A stretch of 63,525 nucleotides of DNA, the filler included, from Lenisia limosa (Eukaryota; Protista; Breviatea): the NCBI GenBank assembly GCA_001655205.1. It is 12 parts of 12 records of this genome, joined end to end, with 100 filler letters (N's around TTAATTAATTAA, not from the genome) between each part and the next. Parts side by side here need not be neighbours in the genome. Positions count along the whole stretch, not along the records: positions 38,323 to 41,230 come from LPNZ01005990.1; positions 41,331 to 57,650 come from LPNZ01010853.1; 10 more parts are not named here. One strand, 5' to 3'. Of the stretch, positions 38,609 to 49,381 are shown one piece after another. The stretch's first letter is position 1. Each line of letters opens with the position of its first letter. The notes under the pieces were generated by a model. It saw nothing but the letters and a program-made list of their open reading frames with translations, did no database searches and was not told the DNA's origin. Position numbers and translations under genes: made by a program.

Positions 38609-40610
38609 ATTTAGCTGCTCGAAGCATAGCGAGATGTAAGCTCCTGCCTTCTTCATGTCCGCTGATCTAGGCTGTTCCTCAGGCTTTGTTACTGCAATTG
38701 ATACGGACGCTTCATTGGCATCCTAAGGGGTCACAATAGGACAGTGTGGTTAATTGTTGGTCAAAAAATAAACCAAAATTGGGGTAAACCTCCTTAAACT
38801 ATAATAATTGATAAATCCTCTTTTGTAAGCTTCTATCATTTCCTTTGACAAAATACAGCTCTTGCATCAATATATACATGTATATAATATATATGTATAT
38901 ATCGATATATGATATACATTCTATATAAGTACACTGACCGTATCTGCAAAAAAGAGTGAAAATGGACAAAAAGGGCAATGAAATACTAAAAAACAAGAAA
39001 TACGAAATACGCCCCGTATTTATCAAGGTTATGGACTGCAGCTCGGAATTCACTTCGGTTTCAAAAAGACCCAGGAAAATATCGATGGTTTTCGAGACAT
39101 TCAGTCTTTTTTTCTTACCAAAGTGACGCCCTAACTACAGCATTATACTAATTCACCCAATCGTAGTACTTGCATTTCAAGACTTAGAAAGAAACCAAAA
39201 AACAAAAAAAAAATCACAAGATGATAGCAAACAACAACAGCAACAAAAAAATACAAGGCTCTGAGAACCCACACAAACCATCTGTTCAGTCTCCTTGGCT
39301 TGTTGCAATTCCTCTTTGCCACCTGCAGGATAAAAAAGGCGATTAATAGGCAAAAACCATGGGTACCCCCCCCCCCCATGNNNNNNNNNNNNNNNNNNNN
39401 NNNNNNNNNNNNNNNNNNNNNNNNNNNNNNNAAACAACTGGGAAGTATGGAATCCATATGTATTATTTGTTTCCCAAGATTTCTTGTTTATTACACATAA
39501 GTCAACCTTTACTTTAAGGGACCGTTCGGGACACGAATTTTACGTAAATTTACGTAAAAATTTAAAGCTCGCATTAGGGTTCCAACAATTTCAGAAAAAT
39601 TTCCCCTAAAATTCCTGTAGCCAAACGGTTCCCTATTTCTCCCTTGTATACCCCTCCCCCCATACCTTCAATATCATTAAGTTCATCTTCATCAGAGCTA
39701 TCCAGGTTTGATGCAGCGTGACCTAAATATTCGGATATGAGAAAAACAAAGAGGAGAGGGGAGGGGCTAATACCACCAATAACACAATCACACATATCAG
39801 GGATATAATATTAATATAATTATTATAGTAGTTGAGCATACTTAAAAACAGGCAGAATCTCCGAAGCTGTCCACACCATCATGTGTATAATAGATCTATT
39901 GATTATAGTGCGTGATAGCATATGCTACATAATACATGAATACTATTATATAGTATGAGGAACATGTATATATATATATAAAGATGACCACCCAAATAAT
40001 GTACGAGCGGGGGTATCCAAAGTCCCGCACACAAAAGCACACAAACACAAAAACACACAAAAACACATCCCACTCACGATCATTCTCCTCGAGGTCGGAT
40101 TGAGACGATGACGGTGAGAGCTGAGTGGTTGCAGGACTCTGCTCTACTGATGCAGACGCTACTTGTGACGGAGGAGGCAAGATGAACGGCTTCATAGCTA
40201 CGGCAGGTACAACGGGGGCTTCTTCCTTCTCGGTTTCTTTCTTCTCTTCTTTTTGTGGTTCTTCTTTCTCTTCTTGTTGTGTTTCTTCTTTCTCTTCTGT
40301 GTGTGTTTCTTTTTTCTCTTCCTTCTGGACCTCCTGTTTATCTTGTTCTTTGCTTGTCTGATCATCGGTTTCGGCAACCTTAGTACCCTCTTTGTTTTCC
40401 TCGAGAGAAACTGCTTTACTTTCATCCTTATCATCCTTCTTGTTTTTTGCAGACTCTTCTGGTTCTGAAACGATGAATCATAAATTCAATAAACATGTCC
40501 AAAAATGAGTCCGAAACCCAGTCCAAACCGGGCTGGGCGAAGAGATTGGTTGCAATAGGCTGGCGTCTGCCTCGGGGACCCGGGAGAACCATGGTAGCGG
40601 ATCGTCTTGG
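38609..40610 (-). CDS. Hypothetical acidic (Glu/Lys-rich) protein fragment
   Basis: Exons EPEESAKNKKDDKDESK...EKEEAPVVPA (~40468-40200), HAASNLDSSDEDELNDIE, GGKEELQQAKETEQM and DANEASVSIAVTKPEEQPRSADMKKAGAYISLCFEQLN (38722-38609). Confidence 0.5.
39043..39133. mobile_element. hAT-type MITE, family A (degenerate left TIR)
   Basis: Same internal sequence; TSD actgcagc/actacagc (7/8). Confidence 0.78.
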
Positions 40611-41505
40611 CTGGGGGGGGGGGGGAANNNNNNNNNNNNNNNNNNNNNNNNNNNNNNNNNNNNNNNNNNNNNNNNNNNNNNNNNNNNNNGATGACAACAC
40701 ACAAGGTTTGATAACAACAAAACAGCCCAGGCCAGGCGCTTCTGCAGCACTGCATCCCATTATGAGGCATGATATTTTATCAATTCTGTTTTTTTTTCGA
40801 ATGGTGAAGAGTTGAGAAGGGGAAAAGATAGGAAGGAGGGGAGTAAAAATGGAAAATCTAGAAACGAAAAAGCCCAAAATCAACCCTGTTGGCTTGTATG
40901 GAAGCTAAGTTTGATACCCATTCCACCACCCTCTCCACTTTTAAACAACACACAACCTTGTCAAAAATACTTTTGAAATTCTGTTTAACCTTTCATTTAA
41001 ATACCTTTCCAAATAGACCGCGAAAAGTCCTGAAACGAATGTGTGATTTTTTTTCTTTGGTTAATCCTGTCAGGACGTATTACAGTTAGTATATATTCGT
41101 CCAAACCCCTTGCCCCCTCCTCCCAATTAAAAAATATAGCTACATATACATATATCGATATATATATATACATGTATATGTGTATATACTATATGATATA
41201 TGCATATACTGTAAATATATAGAGTATATTNNNNNNNNNNNNNNNNNNNNNNNNNNNNNNNNNNNNNNNNNNNNTTAATTAATTAANNNNNNNNNNNNNN
41301 NNNNNNNNNNNNNNNNNNNNNNNNNNNNNNCAAAGACAAGAAGTCTCCTTTTGAATGTACCTTCCCTTCAACAAATGTGAGCCTTTATTTTGTGTTACTA
41401 CCCCAAAGTGATGGTATTCACCGTCTCTCTCCGTCCCTCTCCCCTCTCTTCTCTCTCGCAGTACTTTATATGATATTCTATCATCGCCACCTGTTGACTT
41501 CCTAG

Positions 41506-42597
41506 GGTCACTGTCTTTCTTACGTTCTGACGGTCATCCCGCGCGTCCTCGCGACCTTCAAAATGGCGATCCAAAATGAAATCCAGCGTGAACAAGCCCA
41601 AATTGCTGCACTTCAGACATCCCTCAATGCACCTCCACTCCTCCCCTGCTCTACCGCAAGTCCAGCGTTCATCCGCCAAGACTCTATCCCCATCCTTCCC
41701 ATTCGTCCCAATCTTCTTAACCCCCCTATTTCCCCCGGATCCCCTATTCCCAATAAGGAAACCCCTGGACCACCTCCATCTCGAAGCCCTCGCGGTATGA
41801 CTGTTGATGAGGCACGTCATCGCCAACTTCAAGACCAGCAGACCCTGCGCCATATTGAGCGTATGCGCCTTCTTCAAGAGGAGGAAGACCGCAAGAACCG
41901 CGGAGAGACTATTGACCTCCGGGAGCCTCAAACCGACTCTGACTCTGACGAAGAGGATTCCACCCCGGTTGCCCAGAATAAGGAGACGGAAGTGGTTGAA
42001 GGCTTTGTCCCTATTAGTGCTGATGAGGAGGCTGTTGCTGTTAAAGAGGAAGAGAGGAAGGCAGAAGAAGAGAAGAAGGAAGCAGAGAAGGAAGAAGAAG
42101 AGAAGAAGGAAGAAGAGGAAAAGGAAGAAGAGAAGGAAGAGGAGGAGAAAGAAGAAGAAGAAGAAAAGAAAGAAGAAAAGTTTGAGGAAGAGGAAGAGAA
42201 GGTAGAATTAGAAAAGATGGAAGAAAAAGTAGAGGAAGTGAAAGTTGATGAAGACGTGGAAGAAAAGGAACCGAAGGAAGAAGAGAAGGAAGACGTGGAA
42301 CAAAAGGAACCAAAGGAAGAAGAAAAGGAGAAGGAAGAAAATGAAGAAGAGAAGGAAGAAGAAAAGGAAGAAGAAAAGGAGAAGGAAGAAGAAAAGGAAG
42401 AAGAGAAGGAGAAGGAGAAGGAAGAAGAGAAGGAGAAGGAAGAAGAAAAGGAAGAAGAGAAGGAGAAGGAAGAAGAAAAGGAAGAAGAGAAGGAGAAGGA
42501 AGAAGTAAAGGAAGAAGAGAAGGCGGCGAAGGAGGAAACGAAGGAGCAAAAGGAAGAGGATAAGACTGAAGCTGAAGTTGCCGAGGCACAAGAATAA
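41506..42597 (+). CDS. Large terminal exon: short hydrophobic segment, Pro-rich linker and long Glu/Lys low-complexity tail
   Basis: Acceptor CCTAG near 41505 opens a frame GHCLSYVLTVIPRVLATFK that continues into the 344-aa ORF 41563-42597. GAR/AAR codon bias supports this frame. The 5' exons lie beyond the spacer. Confidence 0.6.
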   Translation, partial: GHCLSYVLTVIPRVLATFKMAIQNEIQREQAQIAALQTSLNAPPLLPCSTASPAFIRQDSIPILPIRPNLLNPPISPGSPIPNKETPGPPPSRSPRGMTVDEARHRQLQDQQTLRHIERMRLLQEEEDRKNRGETIDLREPQTDSDSDEEDSTPVAQNKETEVVEGFVPISADEEAVAVKEEERKAEEEKKEAEKEEEEKKEEEEKEEEKEEEEKEEEEEKKEEKFEEEEEKVELEKMEEKVEEVKVDEDVEEKEPKEEEKEDVEQKEPKEEEKEKEENEEEKEEEKEEEKEKEEEKEEEKEKEKEEEKEKEEEKEEEKEKEEEKEEEKEKEEVKEEEKAAKEETKEQKEEDKTEAEVAEAQE

Positions 42598-42849
42598 TCG
42601 AATGTCCTGTCTGAGTGTGACATTGTTTGACTTTCTTGTTTTTCTTGTGATTCTGTTTGTAATTTTTCTTTGTATGTAGTAATATGTATTTATCAAAATT
42701 CAAAAGAAGGCATTTTTATTTTGTATCATCCAATGCAAGCAATTCACAAACAAGCTCTTGAAAATTGACCCCCAATCTATATATTGTACAAAGAAGAAAA
42801 ACAATGGAAAGAAACAACAGCCCCATGCCCGTGCCCGAGGCAATATATT

Positions 42850-44196
42850 AGATCCAATTGTGGTTAACTGGTGGCTCAATTTCGATTTTCCTAAAAATAG
42901 TGAGAGAGTTGCAATTTCTGCATCTTCGAAAAAGTTAGTTCCCAAATGAGAAACAAAAGATTTGAGAGCACACTATTAATCACCTCTTTTGCCTTATGTC
43001 TTTGTGCACACACTTTATACGTGTCCCCAGGTGAAACTAAAAGAGCCCACAAACGAAGAACAAATCAGCCCGCCAAAGTGGAACACAATGTTGAGGAGTG
43101 AGAGGTAGTAGCCCAAATAGGGTCCCCATTCTCGGCTGTCATTGCTGCCCTCAAAGCCCCCTTCAGGACCCCCCACTGATTGGTTAGGATAGTTTCCAAA
43201 CACAAGAATGTGAAAATACTGAAAGTGACTACCAACCCACGATCATAAACGTAAAACTCAGGTATTAAATAAGACGGCTGGACATATCGATCTCCCTCAA
43301 ATTCTTTCGAATGCCAGATGCCATAATAAAGTAGACCACCACCCAGGGTGAGAGCTGCCATAATTCCAAAAACGGTTCGCATGAAAGAGAGTCTAAACGA
43401 ATCAGCGGTTTACTGTTATACTTTTACTCCTTCCCTTAAAACAAAGCCACTGGAGTCCCATTTCTTACTTTGCTCCACATCCTATAAGAGTCAATTATAA
43501 AATGAGATATTATATATTATATACAGTATACTATACAATATATGTAATACTGTATGATTTGATATGATTATTCTCAACAACCCAATTCAAAATAAAATGT
43601 TTGTTTCTGCAAAGCATCCACGTACCGCAAAATATGGCTTCAATTAAAAGAAAGACGATAATCAATGCAATGCAGAGCATATTGACGGCCATGCAATAGT
43701 ATACTCTCTTGTAGAGGGTGGAAATATCAGTGTTTTCATAAGGGTTGCGTTCGTCTAAATATGAAATAAATGAAAGTCGAACAATTTGGAGTTTTACGAA
43801 GCGTTGTTCAGAAAATGTCTCTTTAACAAACCGTTCCATTGTAATATGTCATCATATTTCCGCTCATTGGAGTTGAGATAAATCTCAACTTCGTCAAGAC
43901 CAAAGTGTGTCTGGGTAAGATGAGCATAAGAAAACCAGAAACTTAAAGGTTATCAGACAATCACGCTTAAAAGGATGCTAATTAGTCTAATATTAATTCA
44001 TCAAATGAACATGGCATATTCCAAAACAGATTCTATTACCTAAACTCACATCAATTTGCACTGTGTCAGATTTGTAGTCATCATGGTACCAGAAACTTCG
44101 GAAGGCGATAAAGGATGTGGCCAAGGCACAACCAAAGAATATGAGTGCGAGAAAAATACAGACACAAGCCTTTTTTGTGAGTTTCCCCGCCGCCAT
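42850..44196 (-). CDS. Tetraspan (claudin/amastin-like topology) membrane protein
   Basis: ATG 44196 gives an N-terminal TM (CVCIFLALIFFGCALATSFIAF) and an extracellular loop, followed by TMs MAVNMLCIALIIVFLLIEAIFCGTW, TVFGIMAALTLGGGLLYYGIW and probably GGLICSSFVGSFSF. The 3' end is uncertain. Confidence 0.55.
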
Positions 44197-44662
44197 TGTG
44201 TCAGTGGTTATGTCTACTTAACTAATTACGATCAGAGAAGAGGGTTGGGAAACTGGGAAACTAAACCAAAACAAACAACACTTAGAATGTAACAAATTTA
44301 ACAAATGTAAATATTGACACTTTAACAAATTTAAAACTTAACCACTAAACCACTAAACCACACCAACGACCTCTCCACCTCTCCAGATCTTGTCTCCGCT
44401 GTTAACTAGCACACCTCACCTCACAAAACACCCCCCCTCCCCACTCACGCCTGACCCCTGGCACCTGCGCACCTACCCTGAGCTTGAAAACGCAACGTAA
44501 GCAGCATCCCTATCCTAACTTTATTGGTATGATTGGGGGAGGGGGAGGTTGGAAGTATAACACCCCAGCCCACTCCCTATTTTGAAGTGTTTTGAGTTTT
44601 GGATTCTGTTGTTTTCGGTTTTTCGTCTTTTGCTTATTGAATTGTTCTGCAGGTGACCGATA

Positions 44663-47600
44663 ATGTCGGAATCAGAGTGGCAGGTTTCGTCTTCTCGAAG
44701 GAAGAAGAAAAACAAGTTAGTAACTGTTGTATCCATTACTTTTCTTGGGATATCAGGCAAAAGGTATCATCCCTCCTCCCAATGAAAAACGCAATACTAT
44801 ACATTCAACTATTCCGAAACATATTTTAAAAAGGTGTCTTGAAAGGGTACATGTTACGTGTGGACGGCTTTGGTCAGAAATAACCTTTATTTATCCTCCA
44901 TATCTATATAATATCGATATATATATAAATATATATAGTATATTGTGTGTGTGTGTCATATATATACAGTCAAACGGATAAGTAGTGGAATAGAGTTTTC
45001 TTCTCATTTCAGAGTCTATTTCCACCGTTTTTTTTAAATAAAAACGTCATTGCAAAGCTGTCGTTTTTAAGATTTTCGCCTTATGACTTATAGTAGGAAA
45101 TAAAAAATCCGTATTTTTGTCGGGTACTAAAAACACACGTTTTTTTACTTTTTTTTAAGCCTGTTCCAACTGCACTTTTGCTGAAAATAGTTTTTTTTTA
45201 AAAAAAACAGTTGTAGATTTGATTGAAAAATATTTTTTTTAAGTTTTCATCCCTTTTAATAATTGTAAGATGGATAGCAATACTAAATTGTTGTTTAAAG
45301 GCCGTGTTTTACAGCTTTACCTAACAACGACCATCTGGAATTGGTGCAATAAGTTGAAGAAAGGCGAAGATATCCTTGGTAAAGGAAAATCTGGCCGTCC
45401 AAAAAGTTCAAGTAAGGAAGAAGATGCTATTATTGTAAAAGATGTGCTAAAGAAGCCATTAACACCTGTCAAACATCACAGGGACATTCTGCGAAAGAAA
45501 AAGGGAATTCATGTCAGTCTGGGTGAACAAGGATATTTTTTTTTAAGGCCCGCCGAAAGCCTTTAATCAACTCCAAGAACCGCTTGTATCGTCTCGAATG
45601 GTGTCTTACCCATAGACACTGGACATTATCAGACTGGTACAAGGTTTGCTGGACTGATGAGTCAAAATTCGAATTATTCCGTGCCAATAAGGCCCGATTT
45701 GTGGTTAGGAGGTGGTGGGGGCATAGGATGCAATGATGACGTGTTCAAGAGCTGGTTCAGCTGCAATTACGAAGGAAGAGCTTAAACTATTGATTGACTC
45801 AATGCCCCGTCGTGTTCAAGCTGTCATAAAGGCAAAAGGTGGTCCAACCAAGTACTAAGTGTAAATATATGCTGATAGCAGGGGCAAAAAGGAAAAACAA
45901 ACGTGTGTTTTTAGTGCCCGACAAAAATACGGATTTTTTATTTCCTACTATAAGGCATAAGGCGAAAATCCTAGAAAACGACAAATATTAGCTTTGCAAT
46001 GACGTTTTTATTTTACAAAAAACGGTGGAAATAGAATCTGAAATGGGAAGAAAACTTTATTCCACTACTTATCCGTTTGACCATATATTATATACTATAT
46101 ATATATATAGGTATGATACTTAAGTAGCAATAATTTGATACAGTTAATATTGATGAATGTCATGATGGGTATTCTTATTAATACCGCAGTGCCAATAAAG
46201 AAGAGCCTAAAAGCCAAAAGCAGCCATCGTCAAACCCCTTCAAAAGCAACTGGGATACTCATAATAAGAAACCTAAAGCACAGAAGAAAAAAATCAAGGT
46301 CTGAGGATTTGTGTTCAATCTCTCTTATACATTATTTTTGGTATTTCAGCTGTAGAGTGTTATGCGTGGACTTGAAGTATAATATAATTTTTTTAACACC
46401 TCACTGAGCCTTTAAAAAAGTCATTCCTTTTCAGAAACCAAAAAGTTTCATTCCCTTTAAAGAGGTGGACGTCTCTGAGTTGGTTGCGACTGAAGATGGA
46501 GAGGAATTAATGAAGCAACTAAAGATGGCTTTCGGGGAAATGAGGTCTGTTTTGGCTTAGCTGTTTTCTTGAAAATATAGCAACTTCTTTGTAATAGCAA
46601 TTAACATACCATATACGCTATCATGCAGTCGTTTTATTTTTAAACCCCCAGAATGACGCTTCTTCTTGATGATGATTATGTTGAACCACTGAAAGAGAAG
46701 ATTTCAACTCTTCTCGGTGAAGGAATAAAGGCAAGCATTTGTTTGTGGGGGTGAAACCCAATTATTATATCATATTATATACAATATAATATGGCAATGA
46801 GAATTAAAAAATAAGGTTGTATCTGGCCAAAGCCGTCCACACCATCACNNNNNNNNNNNNNNNAACTCTACTCTGCACACACAGCTTTGGTATTCATTTT
46901 AACTAAGTCTAGATTGCTGGGGAATTGGTTCCCTTGTGCAACGCGAAAGTCGCCACCGGCTTCTTGTGTCAGAACTAATTGCAGAATCTTTTTCAGATGG
47001 GGTATGATTCAACTTGAGTAATTTCAGGAATCCTGACACCATAGAAAACGCAGTTTCTCACAAAGCCTGCATAATACCTTTTTAGAACTTTGAGGTTTTC
47101 GATCCCAAGTTTATTTCAACGGATGTTGCGTTTATCAAGGAGCACGTGGCCCAATCTCCTACGGTTCCTTCATTCAATGTTTGTAGGAATTATAAGGCAG
47201 ATACTACTAAGTATATATGATATTGGCATATGATATTGGATGTGATCTTTTATTTATTGCGAAAAGTTGGAAGATGTTTTACTTGTTGTTATTGTATTTA
47301 TTCTTTTAGAAATGTGAAATTGAATGCACCAAAAAGTCAATTTTCATTATCCCGAGACCACATAAGGGAATGATTGGTGGGTATTTAACTAGACACCACC
47401 ATTGTTCCTTCTGCTTTTTACTTAGAAGTGTTCATCATTCTTTTGTTTTCGAAGCCGAACCTTTTTTTATTTTGTTGATCATGTTGCTACTTCGGGTCAC
47501 TATTTTTTTTTTGATCGTTTTACGTTTTCAGAAATGCTTCTGGCCAGCAATTGGAATAAGAACCTCAAAAACATAGTCCTCTTCTCTCAATCACTGGATG

Positions 47601-47885
47601 AAATGACAGAAAGCCATCTTCCAGTCGAAAACCAAAAGTGCCCCAAGTTGACCGAAGTTGGGGGGGGGGGGTAAACGAAGGAAACTTCGATGAATAATAT
47701 TGGCCGGCGTACAGGTATTAATTACGGCAAAGTTACTTGACCCTTAAAGAAGAATTTTAGTGTGGTGGTTTACTGTCCAGGCTGCGACCTTTGCGAAAGA
47801 AGTTACAGTTGCTGATACTTACGGCGTGAAAAATGCGTTCTCGGGGATGGTTCTGATTGACTTCTCTAATTCGAAAATAGAGTGA
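44663..47885 (+). CDS. SRR1: SRR1-like protein
   Basis: Exon 1 MSESEWQVSSSRRKKKN splices in phase (phase 2) across a Tc1-containing intron to the acceptor near 46177. Core motifs: IYCWGIGSL, FEVFDPKFISTDVAFI, SIFIIPRPH, MLLASNWNKNLKNIVLFSQS, NAFSGMVLIDF. TGA at 47883-47885. Confidence 0.8.
44967..46083 (+). mobile_element. Internally deleted Tc1/mariner (Tc1-like) DNA transposon inside SRR1 intron 1
   Basis: TIRs of about 180 bp (44967-45145 and 45897-46083) begin CAGTCAAACGG and are flanked by TA. Transposase remnants: KSGRPKSSSKEEDAIIV, RRKPLINSKNRLYRLEWCLTHRHWTLSDWYKVCWTDESKFELF, LIDSMPRRVQAVIKAKGGPTKY*. The middle of the DDE domain is absent and the frame is broken. Confidence 0.93.
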
Positions 47886-48201
47886 TTGAGTGCAAAAATA
47901 AACAAAGTCATTGTGTGAAGCAATATGACATCCATACCCATAATATGCATTGGTTTGTCATAGAACTTCGTTTTTGTCCCAAAAGAATGATTGGTTATCA
48001 GCAAATCCTGGAGTGATATACTATTCTCAGATAAACGAGTGTGTATGCAAGAATAATCCTCAATAAATATCGATTTTATGGGACCGAGCCCACAAGGGGC
48101 GTAGTTCACTTCACACTTTTTGATTAATATCGGTATTTGGGAAAGGTGAGAGTTCATAGGGATTGCTTTGTGATTATAATACATTTAAAAGAAAGGGATA
48201 T

Positions 48202-49009
48202 TTACTTACGGGGCTTCTTCTCAGCATGGACCATGGTGACACCAGCAAGAGCTTCCACCATTTCGTCAGTCAGCTAAAAGGTCGGAATCAACACAATGAC
48301 TGTAATGTGCATAAATTTCGGGAAATCAAAGTAAGCCTTGCAAAGATGGGAGTAACTGGTTGGCAAAGTGAAACATTATGGCAGAAGGAGGCCTATGCAC
48401 CCCAACACAAACCTCAATAGCGCAAGCGAGGCGAGAGTTGGGCTGGACCTTGTAGGCTTCTTCAAGAACATCAGCTTCATCTTCTTCGATCTCATTGAGA
48501 ACGTCAAGGTACTTCTCGTCAATATGAAGCATGCAGCCTCCGCACTCTTGTTCTCCCTAAATAATTAGTATTTCTATTTTATTTGAGGCCTTTCAGAACC
48601 AATATTCAATACAGATCTGTAACTAAAAAATTCAGAAAGAAAACCCACTTCGCAGCGGCCGTTGAGAGAGTGATCAGCCTCTTCGAAGCATTCGTAGAGG
48701 GTCTTGCCAGCAATGAGGGGCACACTGATGGCGGTACCGTTGCGGAGGGTAACCTTCGGAATCAATCAGGCCCGAAGGGGGAATCGGCAGAACAAATGGA
48801 ATTCTTGTAAAAACCAAAAAAGAAGATTCAGCAAATAATAGGTGACAAAGAACACAAAAGCGGAAAAGAGAAATGAGATTTGATGACGAAACACTTCAAG
48901 AACAAAGTGGGCGAGGGTGAAATAAAAAGTGTAAGCTTACTGCAGCTTCAGTAGCAAAGTTTCTTGAACCCATTGAAAGAACTCTTGAGGCAGCGCGGAG
49001 AGCGAACAT
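48202..49009 (-). CDS. FDX: Adrenodoxin-type [2Fe-2S] ferredoxin with N-terminal mitochondrial/MRO targeting peptide
   Basis: Presequence MFALRAASRVLSMGSRNFATEAA (Arg/Ser/Ala-rich, no acidic residue before F-A-T-E). GRCE|GEQECGGC gives C-x5-C-x2-C, and NSRLAC supplies the fourth Cys. The exact splicing of exon 2 and of the last codons is uncertain. Confidence 0.92.
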
Positions 49010-49381
49010 TGTTGATTACTAAAACGACTCGTGAGAAATGAAAGCAAACACCCAATATAGTCAATAAATCTGGTTATCTGGCTGTATTACACTCACATAT
49101 AGAGCTGAAGTTTCTTTGGTTTTTTCGGGTTTTTTTGTGATTTTTTATCATACGCGCGCAGATGGCGCAAGCGTTCTTTTTCCCGCCTTTTTCCTCCTCT
49201 CTCCTGCTCCTTCGCTCCTTCCCCTCTCCTCTCTCCCTTTTCTATATGACACAGATACGACAGTTATAGTAATAAAGAAAAAGATACGACAAAGAAGTTG
49301 CGACATCACCCCTCTCCCATTGCTCAATTACTGTGAATACCAGGATTGAATTTAAGTGGTTTGGCTCCAAGTGTCAGCACA
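49010..49381. promoter_or_regulatory. Bidirectional promoter region between ferredoxin (-) and WD40 (+)
   Basis: Head-to-head ATGs about 370 bp apart, with a GC-rich GCGCGCAG motif at 49154-49161 and a pyrimidine tract. A similar divergent arrangement occurs at 44197-44662. Confidence 0.55.

Noticed and set aside
41398-42703. Several long overlapping ORFs on both strands
   Set aside because: They are shadow frames of the Glu/Lys low-complexity exon. Only the + frame ending at 42597 has a splice acceptor and sensible codon use.
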